A stretch of DNA of 64,000 nucleotides from Lama glama (taxonomy: Eukaryota). The stretch covers positions 51,524,001 through 51,588,000 of the forward strand of contig CM052817.1 of NCBI GenBank assembly GCA_028534125.1, given 5' to 3'. The translations under genes were made by a program, and so were the position numbers. Positions 40,501-53,769 of the stretch are shown here, in pieces. How positions within the stretch are numbered: position 1 is the stretch's first letter; each line of letters starts with the position of its first letter. The notes under the pieces are model-generated. The model saw only the letters and a program-made list of their open reading frames with translations. It had not been told where the DNA came from and ran no database searches.

Positions 40501-41064
40501 TTTTGTTACTGGCCAGAGTTTGATGAATGCACGAATAGAAATGTGGAGTGAGTGTGAGTGGGTGGGTGTGACCAGTGTGTGATTATTTTATATTTAAGGG
40601 TGTGAGACCTATAAGAGGATGACCATGCATAAATATGCATTCCTGAAATTCCCATTAAAAATGAACTTGTATTATAAAATATAATAAATGTTTAAACAGT
40701 CTATTTCCCAAAACCACTACTGTATATCTTAACTGGTCTCTAGGTATGTTACTCTTTTGGTAGGAAAAACAATTCATAATAATTAGTGTGCTGTCAGTTG
40801 CATTTTACTCCTGTTAAAGCTATGAACAGTGCAGTAGAGACAAGCCCTGCAAATGACAGGAACAGGCCTTGCTAACTGGCAGATACTTCCAGCCACTTCG
40901 GAGCTTTAGGGCCCATATACTCAGCACTGCTACCGTGAATTAAATTGGAGTAGCACTCTGCTGCCTCTCTGGATTTCCATCAAAAAAATAAGGAATGACA
41001 GGAAAAAAAAAAAAAAAGAAGGTGGGAGGGTGGAGTTGAAGAAAGGGCATGAAATTGATTTAGC

Positions 41065-42529
41065 AAATGGTACAGCATTGACAGGGCAGACTTAATTCCT
41101 AAAAAAGTTTGTTATGGAAAGGTGTTTCAGAGGAGTCTTAGTTTCTTGGAGCGGGTTTTTGTAGAACCCTGTGAGGTGTGTTACTTTGTGTATTGCAACA
41201 GGGTATGAAAAGTGTTAAGTGATGCCCTGCATAATATCTGTATACATCTGTCAGGGAGAATTGTGTGTTTAATACACACTGCAATTTAATCCATTTAGTC
41301 TGTTTCTATATTCTTATTACATTGAACATCTTTGTTGCATGAATGGCATTGCTAAACAGAAAGAAGACACCCCATTGTTTTCCATGTTACACAGTCATGA
41401 GAAAATAGGGGCAGAAAGCTCTTAATTACCATATTTCCACGTTGTAAAAGTAGGGCCCCCACAGAGGTCTCTTTGTAATGCATAGGGTGGTAAAATTATG
41501 AAAGACAAGTTTGAAAGGATATTTTTAAAGGAAGTGGAGAAATCAAGGTTATAACCCAAGAATTGGCTAAATTGAACATCACAGCACTTCTGACATACCA
41601 AATTTGAAGTAAAGATCATTAAGGAAAAAAAAAAAAGAGAGAGAGAGATGGAAACAGCCTTCTGGTTATTGTCTCCAAAGTAGAGTAGGAAATAAAATTT
41701 TTTCGTAATTTATTTGAAATTATAAACTCACAGACTGTTCTTAATTTCAATTAATATTTCACTTACATTCTGTTCAATTTTTATTTCTATTATAAATGAG
41801 TCCTCTTAGAATTCTTTGGTTGTTTTTTACTATCAAATATACATTTACTATATACGTGTATTAACTACAGTTTAGAATTCTCTTAACTTTAAAGATTATC
41901 TTGTTATTTTAAAAGTAATTGTTTTCTGCCTATTTCTTTTGCCTACACATATGCAAGCTTTCTAAATTTGCTGAAAGTAGAGTATTATTTAAAGTATTCG
42001 TTATGAAAATAACATAGCTTAATAGGTCACAACATGTTCAGAAATAAACATTGACCAAAATACATTGAGATTGAAGTAAATTGGAGTCTGAGCAAAGTGA
42101 AAATTACTTAAGGTCATATTAGAAATCCCCTATTAAATTTTTCTGGAACACATAATTGTATGTTCATGAGTCTCTTCCTTACACAATAATGCGAATTTAG
42201 AAGTTAAATACTTTGTAAAGAGAGTTATTGTGAAATTGCATTGAATGTACTTAGGCACCAAATATAAAGTGCTCTTTTCCCAAGATTGCTTAATGATAGA
42301 AAATTTGGCTGGCTAAAGTTCTGTTAACTCTGATCCATTTGGGAAATGGGTCACCACTGACATGGCAGTTTACTTCCTGAAAAAGTTTGTTATGGAAAGG
42401 TGCTTTGGAAAGACCTTAGTTTCTTGAGTGAATTTTAAAGGAATCCCGTGAGATGTCACTTTGTATATTGCAATGGATATGAAGAATGTTAAGTGGCTCT
42501 TTACAAAATATCTGTATACTTCAACCAGG
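41065..42529. repeat. Diverged direct repeat pair (41065-41255 and 42344-42529)
   Basis: Exact shared 23-mer aaaaagtttgttatggaaaggtg (41102-41124, 42380-42402) plus collinear blocks cttagtttcttg, tattgcaa, tgttaagtg, aatatctgtatac. Confidence 0.93.
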
Positions 42530-42987
42530 CCTCCATCTAATATAAAAAACCACTTATACAATATTTGATGGTAGATTCTATGTAAAGAATGAGAGGAAAT
42601 TGTAGAAAACATAAGATTTGTTTCAGGATGAAAGTGCACAGCAGTACAGTAACTGTGAAGTAAGCTGCTATTCCTACATGCTTCTAAAAGGATATGATTA
42701 TGGATTATTAAGGGTATACAGAGAGAGGTCTGTAGAAAGTGAAAGCAAAATGTGTAGGAGCTGTTTGTGGAATTCACACAAAGTCCAGGATCACATCAGA
42801 ATGAGAGAGAGAAGGAATGAGTACCGTTGATAATCTCTTGGTGTAACATTTAAATTTCCAACAACTGGGACTCCAACAATTACCCACAGCTGATTAGGAG
42901 GTATCTTAGAAAAGTCAGTTGAAGTGGTTGTAACATTTTAAACAGTTTCTCTCTTAGGTTGAAGAACTTTGGGTATTTTGATTTTTG

Positions 42988-43111
42988 TTTGGCGGGGAGG
43001 AGATAATTAGATTTATTTATTATTATTTCTTAATGGAGCTACCGGGGATTAAACCCAGAACCTTGTGAATGCTAAGCATGTGCTCTACCACTTTGCTATA
43101 CCCTCCCCTCC
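42988..43111 (-). mobile_element. tRNA-derived SINE, camelid Vic-1-like, with 18-bp TSD
   Basis: Homologous to 15181-15346 (ggggattaaacccagaaccttgtgaatgctaagcatgtgctctaccactttgctataccctcccc). TSD tgggtattttgatttttg 42970-42987 and tgggtactttgatttttg 43112-43129 (17/18). Confidence 0.86.
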
Positions 43112-46100
43112 TGGGTACTTTGATTTTTGAGGCTGTTTGGTGTCTATGGTATGCTTCTAATAGCACCTTCAATTAATACATAAGAAAAGCATTTCTCCTG
43201 AGTTATTGAGATGATGAAATCACAAGCTGAAGTATGTATGCAAAGGTAAAGTTAAGACCTAAAGAAGTCTTTTACTTTTCATTTAAAACTTCAAAGCATA
43301 GCAAATAGTAGATGGGGAGAATAACAGGTGACAAATTAGCTCAACACTTAGCGCTGGGTGGTTTACAAGGGATCTAGGACAAAAAATAGCTGGAGAGGAA
43401 AATTTCTATAACTGTGGAGTATGTTATAGTACTTGCTTTGGCTAAATAGACTTAGATTTTTCTAAACAGTTGAATAAGTTCTGAAGACATGCTGTTGAAA
43501 TCACTTAGTTCCTACAACTTTGTATACAAAAAATCTCTTATTAGTCACATAAGAGTTTTCAGTAGGACAGGAATGGGGAGACCACTTTACTTTCTTCCAG
43601 TTGCAAACTAACTCTGACTTCGTGTACTAATTTCTAAGTATTTCCATCAAAAAAAAAAAATACTCACCTTAAGTCTTTAGTTTTCACCCTGATCAATAAC
43701 AGGACATTTGATTTTGGTGTTTTCTGCAATACATATTGGAGGTTTTAGGCTAATTCTTATCTTCCCATAAGTGATATCTTGAGAAATTTGCTAATAAAAC
43801 TGCAAATTTTTTAATGTAGCTCTATTTTCAAAAACTTAACCATAATGTAATTTATTGTTAACTGCTCTTTAGAAAAATAACCATATTCCTCCCTGTCAGA
43901 AAAAGAAGCTACTTTTATTTTGTGATTGAGAAGTGCTGAAATACTTTTGTGCTTGCAAATAATTCCAAAATGCTCTATTTCTCACTTCTTTGATGGAGGA
44001 ACTGAAGACAACCCTTAAAGACCACTGTTGTAAATATTATCTGATAAGAGTAATCAGTTTCCTTTTCATCAACCATCAACACATTAGCGATACCAACGAA
44101 ATAAAACTCTGAGTGCTGTACAAGGGAGAGCTCTGCCAAATGAAGACTTAAAGTAAGATCAGCCAAAAAAGCTTCATGCAAATCATGTAAATGAAGACAG
44201 GAGGAAGGGAGAAAAAAGTAAAGGAAATGAATATAAACTAAGTCATCTTGAAAGTATATTTGACCATGATCACAGTGTTCTAACTAAAACAAAAGTTTTA
44301 TGTATAGTATATGTAATTAATCAGCATCGTTAATGTCTTGAAGACTTTTGACATTTTCTTAGAAAAATACCTTAAAAGTGTGAAAGAACTTTATATGATA
44401 AGCTTGGCTTTTGACAGTTGTAACATAGTGAGGGAAAAAATCACTACTTTCAGTAGGTCAAGAGTGTTTGGTATGCATATTCTCTATGGTTCTCATGCAT
44501 AATGAACCATATGTCTTACCCATGCATATATATGCAGCTACAGAATTGCCTTATGAATTTTTGATATGAACTGCCTGTGAAAACAACCCAAAATATCTAG
44601 TTTTTTTCCCCCTTATGTTAATATGAAATCAAGTTTCAAGAAGAGCTAATTGCATTTTTTCCCTTACACTTGAGGAAATTCAAGTATATCCTAAAGGTCT
44701 ACAAACATTTACAAACATTCAAGGTTATGTTGGAGAACCTGGAAGGTCTCCAAAGTGTGCAAGAAAAACAGTTGAGAAACATGGCCTTGAAAGTTAAAAT
44801 ATAAACTCTGGTCATTTAGTGCCAGTAAAATCAGAAACACAAATACAAAGGTGGTGCTCCTCAGTGGTAGTAGGAAATTTAGAAGAATTACATTAATTTT
44901 CCTAAATTATCATTGAAATAAAACCACCAAAAAGTTTCAGTTGAAGTTGTGAGCCTCCAAGCTTGCTTGGATCACAGCTGAGAAATGCCGTCCTACTGTG
45001 TCTATAGCTTAATTTCCGTGTCTAACATGTTTGATTCTTTCAAGAAATGATGGCCAGTGACCTTCAAACTTGAATCAAAATTCTAAATAATCAAAAGAAT
45101 CAAGAGTTCTGTTGTATTCAATCGAAGGTGCTGACTTTGTGATAGCCACAGTTAACTAGATTACAAATATTGATCTGGTTAATTCGAGTATTGTCAAACT
45201 AGATGGTCACCAGAAATATCTTACGATACTACACTCCAGGGGGAGTCTAGAGAAAATTCTACTGTATTGAGAGCAGCAAAGCAATTCTTCCTAGGCCCTT
45301 CTGTTTATCTTCACTTTGCTAGTATATCAATCTTGCTTAAAAACTGTTTCCTAGAATGGTCCCTCCCCAGCCCCAGAACCTTTGTGTGGTTCATTCTACT
45401 CTATGGTTTCCAAGAAATATTCCACAGATCAATACATGTATTTGGCTTTTAACATAATGGCATGGACTTGATGATGAGTTGAGGCATTGAAAGAGTTTAA
45501 ATCAATACAATGTGTCTTAATTTCAGTGGTCTAATGCTCCCATTGCTCTCACTTTCTGCTTTACCCAGCGCATGTATGTATATACTTGTGAGGAATTAGG
45601 AATTGACCATTTTTGATCAGTGGACCACTGCGAACAGCCTGAATTCAGAAACACACCTGCTAGCTAAGTCGTGCCTTGCCTCAGCACGTTGCACTCAGTC
45701 TAGCCCCTGCCTGCTCGTGCTTGTGAGTGATGCATCCCAGTGGAGGGACAACGGAGCACTACCCTTATCTTTTGTTTTTTAGAATTTTCAAAAGAGAAAT
45801 TTGCTCTGGGTAAGCTATGGTATCTTGAATAAAATGTGATATCTCTGGGCAGAAAACCTGGGTTTAAATCCCAGCAATAGACACTCTACAATTATTTCTT
45901 TTCTTGTAACAAGGATATAAGGATAGATTCCCAAAATGATTAAAAGCATTTGCAGTGGATTCTGCTCTCCTGTGCTCAGCATATAAAGATGTTCAATAAA
46001 TACTGCACATACATAGACAGACACATACATATCTAAAATGAAGACCAATAAAAATCAATTGGGACATATGACATAAATGAAATATTCTAATGATGCTGTG

Positions 46101-48769
46101 TTTCATTTTTCCTAAACTACTCCAGTGTGTATATTAGGTTCCATTTTTATCAATCAATCATGGGAAATTTAAATATATGTCAAAAGTAACTTGATGCAGG
46201 TGTGATCTGTTAGAATTATTAATAAATGCATGTATAACTGCACTTACACACAGCTAATGGAGAAAGAAACAGATTTTCTGAGTAGTGCAGTTTTAGAAGA
46301 ATTTTGGCTTGGGATTTTTAGAATCATTTCAGTAATCAGTCAATGATATGAGAACATTGCTACAGTTTTTTTTTCTTTTTTTTAACTCACATTACCCAAC
46401 CCTTTACAGCTCCTTCCCTCTTTTTCCCTTTCTGAAGCCCTAGATGGTTGTTAGAATGTTGCTGCATCTATAACTTCTTCCTCCTTGAAATGTGCTTGGC
46501 TGTCTCTGCCCTTCACCTGCTCATCAGACTTCTTGTTTATTACAGTTACCCTAGCTTTGGGCCTGTACCTACACACACATTTCTCTGTCGCTCTGTCTCA
46601 TCTCTTGGGTTGATGATCTTCATATCTTTGTGAACTTAGTTTTGTGATTTTGTTTTTTTAATTCTTTTTACTGTTGTGATCTGAGTGCCTGGATCAAAGG
46701 CTAGCACATTATAAATATGCAAAAATAATTGCTGAACAAATAGTGATAATAATTGTAAATGTAATATTTATTCAATAATTATGGGTCAGAGTTGATAAAA
46801 GTATTTAGTCAACTTTAATTTTTCTGTGATACTAGTTATAAATCATCATTTGTACTTCATAGTGATTCCATGTATCTGTCTTCAAATATTCATAAGAAAA
46901 TTTGTAAGACTGAGGTGTATAATTGCAAAATGAGAGAAAACATATATACCCCAGTATAAATGATATGTGAGATATGGTCTGCCACAATCACTTTTACTGT
47001 GAGCCTTCCCCACGTGTTTTCATTTTTACCCCCAGTAGTCAAGCCTAGATTACCCTATGTAAATTTTAATGTATTTGTATATTAGCTGTATTTTCAAAAT
47101 CTATGACTAAGGTTTATCACACCTCACCAAAGAAGAAACCAGAGGAAGATGAGACCTACAGTTGTCCAAATAAAGGAAACAAATAGAATTTCTATTCGTG
47201 CATGTTTTTTGGCAGAGAAAAGGAAGGAAAATTCCATGTGGAATTGGAACACAGAATTGAATGTTTTTCAAATGACAGAATGCTCTATTATTACTAACCT
47301 TAGTAGCTGCAGTAGTTGTTAGTAAATATCTATTAAGGTTTTAGCCAAATGCAAAGGAATGAAAATGGATCTAGTTCCTTCCCTGGCTATAACATACCAT
47401 AGGGCAATTGTTGAAATTGAGCTAAGTGTTGAAGCTAAAGGTTTATTTGCTAAATTTTACCCATATTCTGAAAATAGAATTAGAGATAAAAGCGATATCA
47501 ATTAATATTATTGTATTAATACTGGGAGTCCTTAGAATATTCTAAATTATAGAAAATTGTTCCCCTTGTGACTTGGATAGTCATGCATGAAATATTGTTC
47601 GATAAATTATTTTTACCAAACAAAAATATATTGTTAATGGTAAAAACAGAGCTTAATTCTTCTAATTCAGTATTTCCCTTTGGCCCACACTTGTTACATG
47701 TTTATTTTTGTGGAGAGGAGAAATTATATCATGCTGAGGGTATTTCTAATCCTGCCAAGTACTCCTCCAAGTGTTCTCAGCGTGCAACTGGACTTCCACT
47801 AGTGAGAGGGTGAATTGTCCCTGGCTTAGCCCTGCCATTCACTGAGCATTTTATTGACATTATAATAGTTCTTGCAGGATCTCTTGAGGCCTTTCCATTT
47901 AATCTGACTGGTGGTGAAATAACACATATCCACACTTGCCATCAAATTGGCTTTATGCCTTTTCAAAACTGATATGTCAGTAGAAAGATGTGTTTTCTGT
48001 ACGAGAAATGGCTCCTGATACCTTATCTAGGGTACAGGTCTCTCTGACATTATAAAATGTCAATAGGATTTGGTGAAATCTGCACACATTCATCAGCATC
48101 AGAGTATTCTTTCAAGTCCATTTCTAAAAAACTGTAGTTGGAATTGGGTTAAGAACGGTAGTGATTTGAAAGATACAATCCTGAAAATTTGGAAAGCTGT
48201 TTTATATTTTCTGTGTTTTTTTTAAGATTATTTGATAACAGTTTGTGAAAATAAAGAGATTCTAATAAATACAATTTGAAAAATGCCAAATTAAAACCAT
48301 TATCTCCTGGATGTTAACGTAGTATTCCTATTTGGTAGTCTGAATAAAACATATATCGCTGTAGTGTTAGTCTGATTTCATGGTTTTGAGTAAAAATATC
48401 TACGCTAAATAATCAATTACTGTCAGTTGTCAGACTATTTGAATGATTTCTTAAGAGCTTGATGAAGTAGCCCAGCTTTGAACAGTCTGTCAGAGTACTG
48501 TAATATGTGAAACTTTTTCAAAAGAGCAAATTTTGTTTGCTTTAAAAAACAGGTGATAAAGTTTCACTTAATTTTTTGTTTTGAGCCGATAGCCACAGAC
48601 AGATAAGTGGGCACTTTTTTTTAGAGTGAATTTAGGATCTAGGAATAGAGATATATATTTAAAACACTATTTTCATATTAATGTTTTGAATCATGGTGAT
48701 GTATTCAAATGCAGCCTTTCGACATTTCTTTTCAGTGGATTTCAGGCTGCGTAGCCTTTCCTTATTCAT

Positions 48770-48935
48770 TCCAAGTCTGCAAAACCTCAACACATGCATC
48801 CACTACTATGTCAGATGTGCCCAGGGGTTAAACGGTGGAGTCACAGAGTGTGTTCAGCATTTGAGGACACAGAAGGACATTGAGAAAAATAGACACCTTT
48901 GTGTTAATGGGAGTGAATTCATGTTGAAATATAAA
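48770..48935 (-). mobile_element. L2 3'-end fragment
   Basis: cactactatgtcagatgtg...gcatttgaggacacagaagg...aaaaatagacacctttgtgttaatgggagtgaattc. Confidence 0.45.
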
Positions 48936-51900
48936 TAGGCAAAGCAGAAAAACAAACTTACAGAAAATATAACTTCCTTGAAATGGACAAAAGAGGTGTG
49001 AAAAACCACTATTTGTGGTATAAAGGGAAAGTGCTGACATTTATTACCTAAAGGTGAATTCTCCCCATTTCTGAAATGTTACCACTCTGTGGAAGCACAG
49101 GTACATTTATTAAATTAAAATAAATTTCATTACAATTCATTAATACTGAGAGTCCAGAGACCCAGGATACCTACCCTTCAATTAATAACCAATCTTTAGA
49201 GCAATTGTTGACATAAGGAAAATTCTCACTAAATATTGACTACGTGAAAAATAATCAGATACTTCATAGAGTTGTCTTTAGAAGGACAGAATTTTTTATC
49301 AAGTAAAAACAAAATTCATCATGGATATATATTTAATGGCTGAGAAATACACTGACCACACATAGAGGAATCATTTATTAATAAAATGCAGACTAAGCAC
49401 TAGCATTACCTGAAAAAAAACTAGAATAGATCTTCAAAAGAGATGAAATCCTTTGCATATTTTTATTGTAATTATCTACAATTTGTCTTCCCACTTTTTC
49501 CTTGCCCAACTATCCGATTTTGTTCAAAGACTCTTACTTCTCACCTGTATTTCCTAAAGCAAGTTATTAACTTTTAACTAAAATTAATTTTCACATTCTT
49601 AATAAATAATCATTATTTGGCGAATGAAATAGAGCTGAATGTTGTTACTATCAAATTATAATCAAAATGACAGCCAACTATGTAGTAAAATCTAATGAAA
49701 TTAATGAAAATAATAAAACAGAAATCATATGGATGTTATATTTTAATATATGTACACAAATGGGATTTCAAGTGAGAGAGTATATCTTTGAGATTTGCGA
49801 AAGTGCAAATTTTAGAGATTTTTTTTCCCTTTTTTGCCTGGCATCCTCAAAGGGTATATGATATTAGAAGAAGCACAGGGATAAAAGAGGAAGACTTTTG
49901 AAATGAACATTGAAATTCCTAGGTACATAATAATTTTTCTCATGATCTTTTGCTAAGAGATATTCTTACTGAAAATGTAATGAAATTCACTGAGAATTAT
50001 TTTCTTTTTTATATATATGCTTGCTTTGCACAGCCTGTCAGAAATGCACCTAGTATATAAAATAAAATTCCCTGGAGTTTTTTATTAGAATAGTGCATGT
50101 TGTCATATTACTGAAAGATTTTCCACTTGGGGAAAAATTAGTTATTTAAATTTCTAGGCAGCTATGAATCTCCTCTTATAAATGATTTCAAAACATTTGA
50201 GGTCCTACATCTGAACATTTGATTCGTGCACTGCAATATTTATACAGCTAGAGAGATTAAGGGAGATGGCCCAGACTTTTACAAATATTTATTTAGCACT
50301 TTATGCAAGGTATTGTGATCCACATTTCTTCCCATGTAACATTTAGAAATGAATTTCAGCTTATTCTTTTCCCAGGTATTTGGCTAGAGCCCAAAACCGA
50401 CTGGAAACAAATTAGAAACTAAATGCATCTAATAAAGAAAGTTGAGGAAAAAAAAAAGAAAATTGAGGACAAGTAGGTTCTTTTTGAAGCAACTAGAATC
50501 TCAGTGATGTAACAATGCAATAATAATTCCTGGAAATGCAGCTACTGAGAAAAAGAAGTTTAGAAAGAAACAGAAGAGTAGATGTAAAAATCAAAGTAAA
50601 GTAACAATCATTTTTAGCCAGTTGATCTTTGAAGATATCACCCTTCGAAGTTTGCTTGTTTAAATCAAATGGTGTTTCAATATTGAACAGGTCTCTAAAG
50701 GCAAGAAGATGGCTCAGATGTCCCACTGATCCATTTACTCTTTCAGATTCTCATGACAGTGTATCCAGTTGATTTTCATGTTTCAATCAGTTTAATGTAA
50801 ATTTGTGGTGTGGTAGGACAAAGATTTTAAAATGCCAGCTCATCCCTATACTCATCATTGAGATTTTAAACTTACTACATATACTCAAAAAACAAAATCT
50901 AGAATATATAATATTAATTTGAGGCATTTAACCAAATATTATTTTCACCTTTTCTACAACCACACTTCTTCACCACATCAACAATGGATAAATGTCCTCA
51001 AAGGAGGTAGCATCTGGAACCTAAATAACTAAGCAACTAAGCATTACATCCCTGAATAATAAAGCAATTGACTTTATGTTAATATGCCATGGAGAATATA
51101 TCTGTTTTAGATTTGTATTGGTTATTTCTTAAAATAAAATATGATTCTTCCTATTAATTGTGGAAGATATTCAATCAGGTAGAAATAATTTTGGCTTGTG
51201 CTTTATGGTATAACAGGCCTAGAAAAATAATGTGAAAGAAAAACAAAACATGCAGAGGAAAACCCTTGAACATAATTGATATTTTTAAAGAATCTTAAAT
51301 AATGTTGTGATCTGACACTTAAAAGATTCTTTATACTTTTACGATTATTTTTGTCTCACAGTATGAATGACTCACTAATTGCCTTTGTGCGATGAGTTGA
51401 AATTGGTCTTTTCTTCCTCATCAGTCCTAAGACATCTCACCTCCCACTTCTTAAAGAGGTCGGGGCCCCAGCCTCTCCTTGAATCCTAAATGGGATTTGT
51501 CAGTCAAGCGTAGCAAAATCTAATCTCATCCAAAGAAAAAGAAGAAAACAGACCAGAAAATGATCTGATTTTCCGATTTCATGGCCAAGGTTACCCTGGG
51601 AAGTGATGAAAGTGGCATTTAAAGTCCGTAACTAAGGTGGTATGCCAAACTTAGCAATAATAATGGATAAACGATGTGGAAAGATATCGCTTTAACAATT
51701 TTACAGTTGCTAAGTGTGAAAATTGTAATGTGGTCAAGCTCCAGGAATCCATGGCAGTCAATTCAAAGAAGTGGAACAATGCTCAACTAGAAAACATTCT
51801 TTGCTCCTGTAATTTAAATACTGATGAAGTCAGCGGCTGCTGTTCCGACATCAGGCCACAGGGCCCAACAGCTTCATTAGTGATGTTGCTGTTTTTATGC

Positions 51901-53769
51901 CCCCTGCTCCGAATGAAAACATAGCATCACTAAGGAGACAGGTAGAAATGTACTGAGGTCTAAATCATTGCTCAGCTTGTTTAAGATGAGCATTATTTAC
52001 AGTGTTTTGTGGTGCAGTTCCACCAGTTGGTAGGAGGAGAAGGAAATTGCCAAAATATACTTGCAAGTACAGACGATAAATATTTTACTAAAATTATTAA
52101 CATCTAATTTATTAACCACTAGCTTCTAATGTTCAGAAATATTGTACTATCTGCATGGGAAAAGCTACATTCTTGAGACTCTGAAATTACGATCAGTATC
52201 AATCAACATTACTCATTATACACATTACTGAGTGGTATAACCAATATGAGTAAAAATGAGAAGGTCTACTTTGGTTATTTAGCATTGACTATTGACAATG
52301 TTTGTGCAATCAATATGTCACAAAATTTTTGAACTTATCTTAGACTGCTATTTACAAAATATGCCATGACACATCCTTGACATAACTAAAATAAAAATGT
52401 TAAGTGCTATATAGAACATGCACATGTTTAGTGGTTAAGAAAAGTGGTGCTAATTCAGTATAGACTCTCATAAACAGTAAATCATGAAGAAAAGAAATAT
52501 GTGGCTAATCTTGCTCTTTTTCCTACCATATTCTCCTTTGATTAAGGAAAACCAATTGCTATTTGTATAGGGTAAACATACATCCCATTTTCCCAAAAGT
52601 GTTCTGAATTACACTGTTGCCTCTGGGTACTTGTTGAAAAGTGATTCTTTTTCCTTTTAAAATGGAATTGGTTTGGATAATAAATTATATGTTGTCTCTA
52701 CACCTATATATATATGCATTCATGCATAAATAGCAGTTACCTTTTCTGAGAGTAAATATAATGTGTTCTGTAACTTAGTAGGAATCTTCAAATCTCGGCT
52801 TTTTTTTAATAACTGATACTTGTGGCATTGATTCGTTAATGCTGAACTCAGGAGAGTTTTTAGTTAGTCATTCCTTTTAATAGGAAATTAAAAACTACTG
52901 GGTTGCCAGTGTCAGAAAATAATATCTATTTCAATCATGATAGTTCACAGAACTCAGGGCCTCAAACATGTTGAAATGTTATTAATATATTAATCAAGTG
53001 AAATATTCATTTTTCACATGTCAAAATAGATGAATATCAGCAATTTCTTATGCTTTAGCCTATTTTCATGTTGATTTAATGACTGGAGTGAAGAGGAAAA
53101 TGAACACCTCTCCCCCACCACCCACCACCCACCACTCACCACCCACGAAACAAAAGGCTTGAAGAAATGGCAACTTGTCTCTAAAATAATCTCACTTTTT
53201 AAAAATTATTTTTCTTTCCTTATGTTATATTTTATTCAGTTTGGTAAAGCAAGTAAAAATAATACTTTAATAGTGATGATTATTAATAAATATGAAATAT
53301 TCTTTGGTGTGCTTTGAGAAAAATATCTAAGAATTTTTATGTATGTTTTGAATGCCAAATGTTTTAAGCTTATGATACTTATGTAATAATACCATCATGT
53401 AGTCATACATACAGTCTTTAATGCTGTAATATACTTAGTTTTATAAATAAATGTAAAGTGTGCTTTTGGGACTTCTGGGCAGTGTAGTTCAAAGACACCT
53501 TAGGGAATTATTAGTAATCCTTACATGACAGGGACTTATTTTAATTTTTATTTGTCTAAAAGAAATACTCCTGTATATCAAAGTTAGTTTGGGCATATAC
53601 AAGATATTTTTAAACTTTAACATTAATCTTTTTATGTACAAATAAAAAATATACTATAACCTTGATCTAGTTGGCCTATTAATCTCTTCATTAGCAAGAC
53701 ATTTTATGTAGGAAATTTAATTCAGTTTTTTGTCTTTTCTATTTTCTTATTAGTAAATAAAATTATAAG

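Noticed and set aside
50360..50381. ttattcttttcccAG|GTATTT as a recursive site
   Set aside because: Short pyrimidine tract and poor donor match.
51821..51960. CTGATGA as a hammerhead ribozyme core or C/D snoRNA C box
   Set aside because: No stem II closing onto the downstream GAAA, and no terminal stem around the putative C and D boxes.
53112..53146. C-rich (ccaccac)n as a minus-strand G4
   Set aside because: Simple 7-bp repeat; the fourth run is separated by an 11-nt loop, so it is a weak candidate.
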